Shown in pieces: positions 49,920 to 63,500 of a DNA stretch of 64,000 nt. Under the pieces are notes generated by a model. That model ran no database searches. It was given only the letters and a program-made list of their open reading frames with translations, and was not told where the DNA came from. Within the stretch, counting starts at the first letter, position 1. Each line of letters opens with the position of its first letter. The stretch comes from Vicugna vicugna (lineage: Eukaryota): positions 7,292,124 to 7,356,123 of the forward strand of contig MU061579.1 of the NCBI GenBank assembly GCA_013265495.1, read 5' to 3'. Both the position numbers and the translations under genes were made by a program.

Positions 49920-50135
49920 TCCTTGGACCAGGAACGAGTTTAACTTGTATGTGTGTTAAGTCATTTCATCCTCATAAGGACCTTTGCGATAAGTATAGTT
50001 ATTCTCCTTTATTTATAGATAATGAACCCAAGTCACAGAGAGGTTAAGTCAGTTGCCTGAGGTCACACAGCAGTAAGTGGTGGAGCTATGATCTAGTCCT
50101 GGAAACTAGGCTCTTACCCACTGTGCTACACTGCC
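49920..50135 (-). mobile_element. MIR SINE
   Basis: tcatttcatcctcata...cacagagaggttaagtcagttgcctgaggtcacacagcagtaagtggtggagct. Confidence 0.85.
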
Positions 50136-50919
50136 AAAGCCCAGGGAGCAGGTGGGGATTAAAATGCAACCAGTGTCTGCCTTGGCATGGGACTCTGCCT
50201 ACACAGAGGAAGGGGGATTTTGTAAAACTGGCTCAAAGAAACCCTTGCTCGCTAAGGTTGCATCTGTCCAGAGGGGACACTTTTTTCGATTCTCAGGCGG
50301 TAGCCTGGCAGCACCACCTCTCACTGGTACAGGCTAAGACTCAGGGCGGCCTGCTGGTGCGTGCGGCACGTGCTGGTGAACGTGCTGGTACGGCTGCAGC
50401 TGTGATGACTTCCACTTCCACTCCTACTAATTGTGGCTTTCGTGTTCTCCAGTCAGCCACTTCCCTTCACGTGACCAACCCAGCAGAAATGAACTACAAT
50501 GAGCAGGAGCTCGGAGCTGAGGGCTGGCCACCCGCCAGCACCGCGGGGTGGAAAGAGCTCGACTTTGTACCACCTGCTAGGCCGCCTGCCTGCCCGTGAA
50601 GCAGGAACAGGGCAGCTCTTTGGGGATGGTTGTGGACACTCGGAATAAAATCAGGGGCCACACCCAAAGTTAAAACTCCGCCATGGAAGGCTTTTGTTGT
50701 TGTTGTTCTATAAGAAAAAAAAATTTTTTGTTTAATGTTCTGACTGTTCTACTTCTGAAAATAAGTAGCAAGAAATTAAAACTTTACCAACAATGAAATG
50801 TGCACAGTGGTTCTATGTCATAGACAGGTGTGGGGTCAGGAGACTCAGGCCAGGGACAGAGCTCAGCCACCTCCTACTACATGGACTTGGCCAATTGCCT
50901 CTGCTCTCTGGATCCAACT

Positions 50920-51778
50920 GTGACAGAATGAGAAATATATGTTTGGTCTCTACCACCTGTTCCTGACACAGAACTCCTATCACCCAAGTAATGGGGTATA
51001 AGAAGGACTTTTGTTCTACTCTTTGGTCTTTGACCCTTGTTCCTGACACAGAGCTCCTAAATCCCCTGGCATTTCTTGGGTGATTAGAGTGTCTTTCAGT
51101 GAAATGAGGTGACTCTGGGTGAGCTTCTGGAAGGCTTCAGGATGCTCATTGGGAAGACCAGGCTGTGATTAGGAGCTTGGAATTTTCAGCCCCACCTCTA
51201 TCTTCTGGGCTGGGGAGAGGGGCTGGAGATTGAGTTAATAATCAATCATGCCTATGTGATGGAGCCTCCATAAAAATCCCTAAACTCTGGGATGTGGGGA
51301 GATTCTGGGTTGGTGAACACATCCATGTGCCCGGAGGGTGTGCACCCCAATTCCACTAGGACAAAACTCCTGTACTCAGAGCCCTTCCAGACCTGACCCC
51401 TTGTACCTCTTTATCTGGCTGTTCATTGGCATCTTTATAAGCGAGTGTTCTCCTAATTTCTGTGAGCCATTACAGCAAACTGTCAAACCTGGGGAGGGAC
51501 CAAGGGAATACCCAATTTGCAGCCAAGAAGAACAGATGTATGAGTAACATGGAGACTCACTACCTGTGACTGGCATCTGAAGGAGGGGCAGTCTTGTGGG
51601 AATGAGCCCCTCACTTGCGAGGTCTGCCCTAACTCTGCGTAGGGAGTGTCAGAACAGAGTTATAGTACACCCTGTTGGTGCCCAGAGAGTTGGAGAGTTG
51701 GTTGGTGTAGGAAAAATCCCCACATTTTTGGTGTCAGAAGTATTGAGATTAGAGTCAGAAACATATTTTCCTTTACCA
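50920..51778 (+). mobile_element. MER21-family ERV solo LTR inserted into a MIR
   Basis: ttcctgacacagagctcctaaatccc...ggggagaggggctggagattgagttaataatcaatcatgcctatgtgat...gtgaacacatcca; MIR halves at ~50840-50919 and ~51780-51890. Confidence 0.85.
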
Positions 51779-52457
51779 CCAAAAAGGGGAAATAAATAAA
51801 TCTGTCTCACAAGGTTGTTGTGAGAAACAAATGAGACGATATATGTTAAAAGTGCCCAGAAGAGCACCTGGCACGGACGGATGCTCTAGAGAGGATCGCC
51901 GTTCTCAAAGAAGAGGGGAGGGAAGCCTGAGAGAGTAAGAGAAAGGAAAGCTTGTTTTCAAGCCAGGTGTTTTCTCAAAGAGTTCTCATGTTATGATTTG
52001 CAACCCTCCCCCCACCAAGGTCACTATCCTTACCCCTATCCTAATAAATAAGGTGTTTCAGGTTCAGAGGGATCAAGTGACTGGACCAAGGTCCGAAGTT
52101 TGGGAGTGATTGAACCAAAATGCAAAAATCAGGTCCTAATGACAGCAGATCTCAACACAGAGATGAAGCGGAGGAAGAGAAGAGAGGACGGGGGAAAAGG
52201 AGGGACACACATGTAGAGAGGATGTGGATGGAGACACCAGGGAGGAGGAGCAGGAGGCAGAGTCAGTCGACCACCTGCTGTTTTACCTGTTAGGGGTCAC
52301 AGGGACTGCGGTCATGCGGGTCACGCGTACGTCCTGTCATCTCATCACTTGCCTTCATTATGTCTCTAACGCTTCAGCTGTTATCCACTGTCTGAAATTA
52401 GCTTTCTCAATTTTCAAGTTTTCCTTCTTGGAATGTCTTTTTCCTTCCCTGGGTACC

Positions 52458-52944
52458 TGTGACATCCTGAATAACAGCCGCCCAAAGAGGACCACACTCC
52501 AATCCCCAGAACCCGTGAACACGTTACCTTATTTGGCAAAGGCGATCTGCAGAGTAATTATGGTAAGGATCTTGAGATGGGAAGAGTTTTCTGAATTATT
52601 CAGGTTTGCCCAATATAATCACAAGTGTCTTTATAAGAGGGAGGCAATAGAGTCAAGGTTCAAGAGAGAAGTTGCAAGGATGGAAGCAGAGGCCAGAGAG
52701 GAAAGAAGATGCTTTGAAGATGGAGGAAGGGGGCTAGCACCCCAAAAGTGGAGTTAGGCTCTCAAAGCAGAAAAGGCAAGGAAATAAGTTCTCCCCTAGA
52801 ATTTCCAGGAGGAACCAGCCCTGCCGACAACTTGATTTTTAGCCCATTGAAATGAATTTCAGACTTCTGACCTCCAGAACCGTAAGAGCCTAACTTTGTG
52901 CTGTTCATGGTCATCTGTTACAGCAGCAACAGGGAAGTAACACA
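52458..52944 (+). mobile_element. MLT1D-like MaLR solo LTR
   Basis: aatccccagaacccgtgaacacgttaccttatttggcaaa...ggatcttgagatggga...ttctcccctaga...gacttctgacctccagaac...gttacagcagcaacagggaagtaacaca. Confidence 0.88.
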
Positions 52945-55718
52945 GGACCTCACCCCCACCCCTTGTGCAGCTTGGTACTGTTGGGCCTTAGTCAGTACAA
53001 AACTAGTAACAGCTGCTTGCAGAGTGCTTCAATGCCTGAGCATTTATCATGTGTAAGGCTCTCTGTCCGTTGACCACTGGGTCCCACAAATATTCTATTA
53101 CTTGTCCACGGCTCCCTGAGCCAAGTTTCAAACCCACATGTGTCCAGCCTCACAACAATACTCTCAACCAGAACTCCCAACAGCCTCTTCACTTTCTATT
53201 ATTCGCTCAATACCTCATTTGATCCTTGTGCAAGGCCTTTAAGGAGGGTATTTTTAAAAAAATCATCCTTCATTTATAGTTGAGGAAGTCGACGGCCAGA
53301 GAATTTAAGTGATTTTGCCAAGGTCGTTCACCCAGCAAGCGTCAAAGCCAGCCCTCAGACAGATCAAATGCTTCATTCTCTCTGGCCCATTCAGGAGAAA
53401 GAATTGCTCCTCCCTTGGATCCCACAGGACTTTGTAAATATCTCGATCACCACAATGGATTCCAATTATATGCGTTTGTAATGGGAGCCTTTAGAATCCC
53501 AGACCCTTGTGGTTCAGTCTATCTATGATGTCAGAATTAGAGGCACAAGCAGCCAAAAACATTCAAAAAGGAAGTCTTTATTTTTTAACTTATCTCTCAA
53601 AAATAAAGGTGGGGGAATCCCATTCAAAACCTCCAGTTACATTTTTATACCCCGCCCCTGTCTCCCCAGTTCTCTTACCCCACGGCCCCAAGGCCTCTCA
53701 GCCATCACTCACGTCCCTGGGTCTCTCCTTCTCTCAGGCCCCAGAGGCATTTTCCTTCCACTTTCTCATCTCCCCTCCTGGAATTCCCTATTATTAGACC
53801 TACTCAGTCTCTCCTCTCAGTCTTTGCCTCCTCCTATCAGCTATTTTTAATTCTGCATCCCAGGCTTTTAACTCATCTCAGAGAGTATCTCACAGCCGGA
53901 GAGGCCCACAGGTGAGCAGCCCAACAGAGCAGTCTCTTTATCTAGAGTTGGGGTGGGGGTGGGGCAAGGGACAGCCTGGAAGGATTTTCATTCACCTTAT
54001 ACCCTGCCACACTAGTCAGGACAGCAAAACGTTGTGTGTGTACCACTTCTGTTCCAGATGCTGCGCTGGTCAGCTTATCTATGCTACTTCCAATCTTCCC
54101 AGCATCCCTGAGAAGTAGGTATTTCATTGGAAGAAGCCAAGTCAGGGACTATGTGATTCCCCCGGGTTCCACGGCCTCCCCCAAAAGCGCTCTCCCTTTC
54201 CTGGTCCCACACTACCTCCCAGCAAATGTTCTAAATAAACTATGAGTTCCTCAAGGTCAGGTACCACATCTTACTCATTGTTTTATTCCCAGAGCCTAAT
54301 ACCGAGCCCGGCACATTAAAAGTATTTGAACAAAATGCAATGCTCTCCTGACCCCTTCAACACAATTCTAGCAGATGTTGCCTCAGGCATAATCTCAGCC
54401 CCAAGAGTAATACTTCTCCTTGCTTTCCATTTACCGAAGTCACCATGTTCACCCAACCTGGGCTCTTAGACCCTCAGGTCTAGGGTCGAGTGGACTTTTG
54501 CATACATCTAGTCCACGTCTCTTACTTTATCCACTAGGAAACTGAGTCCAGCGAGGTGGCTAATCTGGTGAGTGTCCTTGTCCAGCATATTACAGGGTTT
54601 CTCCTTGCTGAAGGGTAATTGCAAATACAAAACAGGAATTTGGCACCGGCATCCTTCAGGTGGTTTTCTTGGTGACAGCCTGGACCTTTTCCCAGAAAGC
54701 TACATGGCAAACAGGTTATCTTTTTACATAGTTTTCCAGGAAGTTTTGTGTTCTATCACTGAATTCAGAATAGGTTGAACTGAAATTTTCCGTCAGTTCT
54801 GGGAAAGCCATTTGACCTCCTAAGGGTTTTATTAATTTGGCCATCCAAAAAAAGAAAGAAAAGAAAGAACACTGACCTGAGAACAAAGGAGATTTGCGTT
54901 CCAGTCCTGACTCTGATACTTGGTCTCAGGCAATTTCCCAAACGTCTGACAGCTGACTTTGACTCACGGGCTCTCTAACGGCTTTCAGAAACTGCGCAGC
55001 AGTCTAGGATGCTTCTACCCAGCCTTCCTCTTCTGTCCTCTTCATTTGTTGTCTGACGACTCTCCTAGCCCCTTGCCTGGACCCTCCTCATTTTGTCTCA
55101 GGTGCTTCCATTAATAGAGTCCTTGAGCATTTAATCCCATTTTGGTGTCTTCTTCTTTGAGGACCCAAATTAACATGTTTCCAACCTCCTTCAAATTCAA
55201 ATTGTTCTCATTGGAGTCCTTCAGTCATGCATCTCTTCCCCTTCCAGACCCAGAATTCATTTTTGTTCAACCAGTATTGACAGACTGCCCATCTTGTCCC
55301 AGGCACAGTGCTGGTGGGAACAGTGATGGACAAGCCAGACGTGGTCTCCTGGAGCATTCATTCTGGGTCAGTCTTCCTCTGCTTTTATCTCGCTTTATCA
55401 AAATCCTACTCTTTCAAGAGCTCTATCTCAGTTCTTCCTGATTCTACTTAAACCATCCCACCCTGGAGTTCTCCGTTGTCTGCAGAACCTCCCTATTTCT
55501 TTGTTTGCATTACTATTTTGGTACTTACACTGCCTTATGCTACGTTTCTGTTTACATATTATCAGCTTGATTATTAAATGTTTAAGGACAGGAACACTCT
55601 TTAATACTTTTGTGTGCTAAAGCACAATTGGCATGCAATAAAAAACGAGATTTATCATTTAATGAGTGCTTATGATTTTCCAGTCAAAGAGATTTTCAGT
55701 GCTGTGCAAGTGGGTGAA

Positions 55719-56222
55719 TGTATTAAGCATGTCTTATTTTCTGGATTCTGATGCTTTGACATCTGGGCTTTGCTGACCTGGAGGGACTTCCCCTCCCAGG
55801 GTCAGGCAATTCCTAAAGGTAATAAACAAGTCTCTCACCAGTATACTCTTCAACTCTAAGCCACCCAATCCAGAATCCACACCCCAACAGTCTCCTTATC
55901 TCACCCTCTTGACCACCATCCACCTGCCCTAATCACCCCAAAGCCATGCACTGGACAATTACAGCTGCCCTGTGCCCCAGAGTCTGCTGAGACTATTCAA
56001 ACTGGCCAATTCCTGGGACTGTTCACTCTGCCTCACCCACTAATTCCTGCAGAAACAACAGTGAAGATTTGCCCACAATCCCCTGCTCTCCCTCTCTCTC
56101 CTGACTGCCCTCGGTGTTTGCCCCCAACTTTGGGAACTGTAAGAAACAATTTCTTCAATTTGAATCCCAATGTGTTGGTCTTGCTATAACTCAAAATTTC
56201 TATTAACACACTATTTTAAAGC
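55719..56222 (+). mobile_element. MER74-like ERVL solo LTR
   Basis: tgtattaagcatgtcttattttctggattctgatgctttgacatctgggctttgctgacctggagggacttcccctcccaggg. Confidence 0.75.
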
Positions 56223-56469
56223 CATAAGGAAGGTATCAGATTTTTTTAAAGAGGGAAATGGTATGGAAAAAATTAATAATATCATTCTATATTTGGTAAA
56301 AAAAAATACATATCCAATTGTTCTAGAACTTCAAATAAAGTAAGATCTGACTCTATTTTCTTGATAGATGGCAATATTCAGACTCTGTAGTGATTTTCTA
56401 CCAGAGTCAGCAGTGGAGGAAATGTACGAGGAGGGAGGAGAGAGACTTCTGTGTTTGCCTAAAAGGAGG

Positions 56470-56895
56470 TGTATTCATTAGGATAGGACTAGGGCATTGA
56501 AACAAGGAACAATAAGCAAAAAGGAGCTTAAAGAGGATGGATGTGGATTTCTCTCCCATGGAACTGTGTGAGGCGAGTGTTCAAGGCAGTTAGAAGCTCT
56601 GCTCCATTGAGTCGTTCAGGGCCTCCTGGCCTTGGCCTCGTCCACATGGTCAAGGCTGGGTCTCCAGCGGTCCTAACCAGGGAAGAGGCATGGAGGAGGC
56701 ACACCCAGTGTCTTAGCCAGGAGCCCAGAGTGGCCCGTCTTGTGTTCAGTCACATTCTATCGGTGAGAAGGACCACAGCTAACTGCAGGCAGCTGGGACA
56801 TAGAGAATGAGCAGTCACCCGCCCAGTGACCACTTCATTACCATGGAAGACAGAGAACTCATTTAGGGGGAGAGGGGCTGACTCTGCTGCAGTAC
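56470..56895 (-). mobile_element. Old MLT1 (J/L-like) LTR
   Basis: tgtattcattagg...cagtcacattctat...gctaactgcaggcagctggga. Confidence 0.55.
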
Positions 56896-57079
56896 CATAG
56901 ACGGGAAAAGCTAGAGAAAGACAGCCTTGCAGGCATCTCGTGAGATATTATTATTTTCATGTGACAGTTGAGGACCCTTGAACACAGAGTGGTAAAGTAA
57001 TTCATTAGGTCACAGCCTAGTTAAACGTGGAACTGAAACTTGAAGTCAAGACTACGGGATTTTAAAGCTTGTTTTCCCT

Positions 57080-57600
57080 CTTTTTTTCCCCCCAGCTTTA
57101 TTGAGATACAACTGACAAAATTATAAGATATTTAAAGTGTGCAACATGATGATTTTATGTATTACATACACACATACATACCTTGTGGAAGGATCCCCTC
57201 CCTCGAGTTAACACATCCATCACTTCACACGCCTACCTTTTTTAGGGGGTGGGGGTGGTGAGGGCATTCAAGTTCTGCTCTCCTAGCAAATTTCAATCAT
57301 ACGGTACACTTTTATCAACTATAGTCACCATGTTGTACATTAGAGGCTCAGCTCTTCTTCATCTTATATTATAACTGAAAGTTTGTACCCTTTTACCAAC
57401 TTCTCCCTATTTCCTCTACCCTCAACCCCTGGCAACCACCATTCTATTCTGTTTCTTTGAGTTCAACTTGTCTTTTTAATCCTCCACCTGTAAGTGACAC
57501 CAGAGGTACTCGTCTGTTCCACCGGGCTAATTTCACTTAGCATAATGCCCTCCAAGTTCATCCACGTTGTCACAAACCGCAGGATTCCCTCCTTTTCCTT
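57080..57600 (-). mobile_element. L1MA-type 3' end
   Basis: cagctttattgagatacaactgac...actatagtcaccatgttgtacattag...aactgaaagtttgtaccc...tttcacttagcataatgccctccaagttcatccacgttgtcacaaa. Confidence 0.88.
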
Positions 57601-58552
57601 GAATATTTAATACTCTTTACATTCTTTTCTCTCCTTGCTTTTGTTCTTCAGTGAATAAGTCTTGTCTCTCTCAAGTTTGGAGTGGTTGCTCTTATTCTCT
57701 CTTTTCTTTCTTAGGCCTATAATTTACAAAATGTTTGTCTATATAGATTTTTGCTTTTCTTCCAGCTCACATATCCCTTATTTGATTTCCCTTATGTTCA
57801 TTATTCTTGCAGTTGGTCATCTTTCTTATTTTATCTAAATTATCATAATTCAAACATTGTTTTTCTGTTCTACTTACTGTTTATCATTGTTTTTGTTGTT
57901 TTTTTCTTGCCTTGCTTTTTTTCTAACAATTCATTCCTGTGGGGATATGTTAACTCAGACTAAAGATATTCCTACTTTGATTGAAATCAGTAAAGTCCAT
58001 GGAATAATAGAGTATTGACTCTTTTTTAGTTCAGTGTACAAATCAAAATGTCATACAGTAGGGTCATTAAAATCACATAGTGGGTTCCTGGAAATAGCTA
58101 AATTGTAAGCAATGACATTGTTGCTCATAAAACAGAAGGTAAGCAAGGTGAACTTGAAACATAGGTGCCAATGTGATAAGCAGCCACTTTATTTCCTGGT
58201 TTTCACTATGTAGCCATTCAATATACTTGGACTCTGGTCTGGAGCAATGTTTATATAAATTAATTAGATTAATAAAAAGGAAATAAATTGGATTTCTAAA
58301 TTACTAATTTCAAAAGAATATTTTAACTAATGAGAGAAAATTTATTTTCCTGTTACAAGTAGATTTATGCAGACATTGCCCTAAAACTTCAATAGATTAT
58401 GTAAGTCGAAAGTAAAAGAAGCTGAATACTATTTAACTCCCCCATACAGTAAATATTTTCTTTCATTTTTTTGGTTCTAATAGTTATAAGATATAAATTA
58501 TGATTTTTATTTAAAAAAAATAAAAGTAACAGTAGCAAGTAGATTAATGATA

Positions 58553-59016
58553 AAGTCGTCTCTCAGCTGGCTGAGGGTTGGTCCTAGGACCCCTCGAGGG
58601 TATCAAAATCTGTGGATATTCCAGTCCCTAATATAAAATGGTGTAGTATTTGCATATAACCTACACACATCCTCCCATATACTTTAAATCATCTGTAGAT
58701 TGCTCACTTTTTTTGTTTGTGGGGGTAATTAGGTTTATTTATTGATTTATGTTTAAAGGAGGTACTAGGGGTTGAACTCAGGACCTGGTGCATGTTAAGC
58801 ATGCGCTCTACCACTTGAGCTATACCCTCCCCACCTCTAGATTGCTTATAATACCTAATACTGTGTAAATAGTTGTAAATACAATATAAATGCTACATAA
58901 ATAGTTGGCAGAGTGGCAAATCCAAGTTTTGCTTTTTGGAAATTTCTGGAATCTTTTTTCAAATATTTGTTGGTTAGATCTGTGATGTGGAATCTGCAGA
59001 TACTAAGGGCCAACTG
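58553..59016. mobile_element. MER2 DNA transposon interrupted by a vic-1 SINE
   Basis: tttgcatataacctacacacatcctcccatatactttaaatcatc...gggccaactg; homologous to 9492-9823. Confidence 0.85.
58705..58832 (-). mobile_element. vic-1-type SINE, long-tail variant, with TSD
   Basis: Reverse strand ggggagggtatagctcaagtggtagagcgcatgcttaacatgcaccaggtcctgagttcaacc; tagattgct repeated on both sides. Confidence 0.9.
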
Positions 59017-60439
59017 TGCTCATCTAAGCATCAGTTATGAGCCTGTGGCCACAAGCAGTACAAAACCCAGCTGTTCCAGCCAGGGGGGTTAACTGCTGTA
59101 ACAGTCAGCTCCAGCACGTCAGTGCTTGACATAAAAGGTTCATTTTCACTCATGAAATATTTCAATAGAGATATTCCTGGACAGGCAACCCTCCTGTGTG
59201 ACTCTCTATCAAAAAATTACTTGGGCCTTAGGCTCCTTCAACCTTGTGTCTCCACCATCTTCCAGGACATTGAGTCCTCTGATTTCCAGCTTCCCAGATG
59301 TCAAGAAACCAATGGAGGAGAAGACTGTGTGGGATGGTAGTTAATCAGATCACACATCCAAAGTCTAGACATACAAGAGGTTCTATATGCTGAAGGAAAA
59401 GGAGATAGAGGCAGTTAAATACATAGCTATCACTGCCACTCCAGCCAAAATAAACAGCAAATGATTTTCAAAGTGTTCCTATTTATACCCACTTTCATAG
59501 GGAAGTAACCCTAGAAATGCAAATAGTGACAAGGTACACTAGCATGTTCACGAGTGGCCCATTTTATTATTTGCACATCTGAGTTAAAAGAAGTACCAAA
59601 TTAAAGCCAGCTGTTTCATACTGGGGTCCCAAATTTGCAGCCATGACTGCTGGTGTCTGGAGGAGGAAAGCATTTAGCAAGGTAGACAGAGGTACCCCAG
59701 GGTAGCCTCTGAGAGGGTAGCTTCCCTTTGTAATGATACCTATGGTGGCAGAATTTTAAAACGTTCTTCGAGATTGCCATTTAACACTGAGCCTTTTAAA
59801 ATACCAAAGCCATTATAAGCTTTTTAATTCACAGATATGATTATGTCACTCACCTGCTTAAAATTACCAGTGATGTACCATTGTCTACAGGACGAAGTCC
59901 AATCAATGCCCTGACAATCTAGCCCCTGCTTCCCTGTCTAGATTCATCTCTGGCCCTGCTCTCCATATGCAGGCTTTCCAATCTTCTTGTTTCGAATGCA
60001 AATTGTTATTCCTTGCCTGCGTGCCTCGGCCATTCTGGCTTTCTCCTTCATCTTTGGACTAACATTTATTTATCCTTGAAGATTTTATTTCAGATCCCTC
60101 TCCTATTGCATTCATTATTTGCTCCAATTATTTATTGGCACTTTTATACAAGTCTGACTTTCTCTCTAAGTTATTCAGTTTCTAATATTGAATGGTGAAA
60201 GTCTGGATAGCTACTGTGGGTAACAAGCGATACCACATTGTCTAAAATTACTTTGTTCCTATATTTCAAATAGCACGTAGTAAAAGTATGGCTAGCGAGG
60301 GCTCTGAGCAATCAGAGTAGTATGCTAGTGTATACAAATACACACACACCTAATCAGTTCCTGATTCTAGATAGCTAGAATTCAGAACATGAAGGCTACT
60401 TGATTAGTTTCATTTTATAACTTACTTATCTTTATGCTA

Positions 60440-60590
60440 TAGGGTTAACAGCATGAGAACTATAGCAAGACTGCCTGGGTTAAAATCCCAGCTCTACTTG
60501 CCTATCAGCCTGACTCTCTTCCTCACTTTCCATAGCTGCATAATGGGAATAATAATAGCGCTAGTCTCATTAAGATGTGAGGATCAGAGC
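60440..60590 (+). mobile_element. MIR SINE
   Basis: ggttaacagcatg...agactgcctgggttaaaatcccagctct...aatgggaataataatag. Confidence 0.75.
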
Positions 60591-63500
60591 TTTGTCTGTT
60601 CTAAAGAGGATGTAAGGATGTAAGTTGGGGGGTTGTGTCTGTGTGTGTCTGTGTGTATGCATTTCACTCTTCAATTAGCTTGCCTGCTCCCTGGGGGCAG
60701 CAGCCATGCCCTGGATCTCTTTGTGTGTTTCTGTAATGGCTGGCACAGTGCCAAGTATATGGTGAGCACTTATTGACTATTAATCCCCGCCCCTTTCTCT
60801 TGAGAATCCGCACCACGCCAGTACCTCTTTATCTATTCCCACGGTGCGGAGCATTGTGCTTGGCTCAATGGTAAATGTGCGTCGGTTGGTTGGACTGTAA
60901 TTGCTGCCGGCAGCCATGCCCTCCACCCAGCAGGGAGAGTCACTGACCCATACAACAGGGTTTCAATGATCTTGATCACCCTCCTACCTGCAGATTGGGT
61001 AAGCAGCGATGACAGGCTCTGCCAAGACAGGAAAGAGTAGGCTCATAATAACAGTTTAAAATAACTCACTATTCTCACTAGCAAAAAGCTAGAATTATAG
61101 CCATATGGAATGCTTCTAAAGAAAATCATCACTGTCCTCCATTTGAAAATATTTCTTACATTTAAAAATATGTGAAGGTTGATGAATCTGAATGAATACA
61201 AATAATGAACTAAACAATTACTGCTACCAGAAAAGAGAAAGCTGACCTAAGAAGACTTTTCATTCTACTCATTCTCAAAGGATATCCTGCGGAAGCTTAA
61301 TGATGAATTAAAGCCTCCCAGAAAACTTACTCGAGGATTCAGATGTGGGAGGAGGGTGGTGTCACACTGTGGCAGAATGCATGGTTGGTCTTGGTGACCT
61401 TCTTTTATAACCTCTTAAAGCATGTTATCTACACCATCCGCTGGGCTATAAGAACTGCTTTGTCCTTTGTGGTTTCTCCCACGGCCCCACCCACGGAGAA
61501 GCAAACCCTTAATTAGAGGAAGAGTTTGCACTCTGCAAATGTGGTGATCTCACTGAGGAAGCGAAGGCCATTCATCAGGCTGAACTAAAACAAAACAAAA
61601 CAAAACTCTGCACTGATGCTCACCCATTTAGAGATGAATGTAAATAAACTCTCTAGCTTTACAGTCTCTTCCATACCTTTATCCTGTACGCTTTTATTTT
61701 CTGCTGAAAGAAAAAAAAATTAGTAATTTCAATCCCTCCACCATTTCCCATGTAAATGGGTTTTAAGGTGATGAGTTTTTTCTCATCCCCCCAATTTCGG
61801 AGCAGCTCATGGGGAGAATAGATAAGGAGGGGAAACAAAAGCAAAGAAGGACATAAAAATAAATGGCCTGCTTTTCACTCTGTCCCCTTTCCCCATGGCA
61901 TCTGGACACTTCCTTTGTAGGTTCTTTTATGGCTGCTTCTGGACTTTCAAAGCTGTCTAGGCTGAGACATAGGTAAAGAGCAGAAAGGAATTGAGCTGCA
62001 AATCACAGCAATTTCCCAGGGAGGGAGTGCTCCGAGATGGGCCATTGATCTTCGTTGTCCTACTAGACAAATAGATTTCTCAACCTCAAAGGAAACTTAG
62101 TTCAACAAAGCTTAGTTTGGGAGGATGCTTTATATCTGTTTCTTTATTCTTTAAAAATATGACCTGCAGTTCCTGAGTATATGCCAAGATGAAAGGACTT
62201 TGGAAGCACAGAGAAAGGGCATCCTGGCTTCACACCCTAAAAGCCCAGGAAGAAATCCTGGGCACACAAAATGTATTTGCATACCAGCTCAACAGCATAC
62301 AGTAGGTAAACTGGTTGAGTTTCTATATGCTTTTTAAAAAGCAGTGATACTCATTTGTCTTATCAAATTCTCCTATTGCATAAAGCAGTCTCTCCTAAGA
62401 ATCAATTAAGCATGGGGAAATTCAGAATTCTTAGCTCTGTGACTGCAACAATACTGTGTGGTTAACAAAAACTATGACTGTACACAAATAAATAAATCAC
62501 CAAGCTGATAATCTGAAAGAGAGACATAGAACAAAGATGCTCTGAGAATTTGTAATCTTGCATTGTAACCTATTTTGATTAGTGAGTTGATTAATTTGTA
62601 CCTAAATACACCTGGATTGATTTATTCTCCCATTCTGTCACCCTATTGGAAATGACCACATGGGAAGACCCTTGTTGATAGCCATCTTAAAATCAAAGAT
62701 CTCAGATCCATGGGGCCTGGAGCTGACCCCTGAGCGTGGTTAGCATCTAGAATCTGCCTGGCAGCTTTTGTAACAAGCTCTACCGTCAAGCTGCTGAGAA
62801 GCTCCTGGGGGAAGAAAATCAAATGAGCACTGTCAATGAGCTTTCATCATTTTATTATTTTTAAATAACTTTTTTATGATTAGAAAAGCTCCAGTGCAGA
62901 AAAATTAGACAATATAGATGAGAAGAAAGGTTTTTTTCATAATCCCATTTTCAAAAATAAACAGTCAACCTTCTCACATACATTATATCCATTTGAAACT
63001 ATTTTTATGTAAATAAGGTAAAGTAGCAAGTGCTTCAAGGTTTAATTCTAAAGTCAGCTAATAAGGGGGAAAAACATGTAAACCATCCCTGAACTATCCT
63101 TAAATCACTCATAAGGTTCCGTATCCATGGTTTTATGTTCACAAGTCTGTAAAGTGCTTCCTGTGTATACTAAAGTTTGATATCCACTCAGCTAGACTAA
63201 AAGAAAAAACAAAAGCAATATCTTAAAATAGGAAGGAGGGTGGAGAATTCTAAAGTTGTATTGCTTGCTGGCAGTATCTACTTTGTTATGTTTTAGTATT
63301 AAGCAGTTATAACCTTGATACATATTAATAGATTGCTTTATTGTGTGGATTAAACATGGTAATGGAGCCACACCTCACTAGAGATTAAATTCTAAACGTG
63401 GTGCCTAAGATGCATGTATGATGCCATGCCTCCCTCTCTCCCTCTATCTCTGGATATGAAAAAAAAAATCTCAGGTCATATATGCTGTTTTGGAGCCCAC

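Noticed and set aside
50123..50599. 158-aa ORF
   Set aside because: Non-ATG start in a MIR; length explained by local GC richness; no homology recognised.
50943..51060. Direct repeat ttggtct...gttcctgacacaga.ctccta resembling a repeat-spacer unit
   Set aside because: Only two units, internal to the MER21-family LTR; not CRISPR-like.
52224..52757. 177-aa ORF
   Set aside because: Non-ATG start and about half lies in an MLT1D LTR; no recognisable protein family.
2498..54967. About a dozen TGASTCA AP-1 motifs across the window
   Set aside because: Close to the number expected by chance for two 7-mers in 64 kb.
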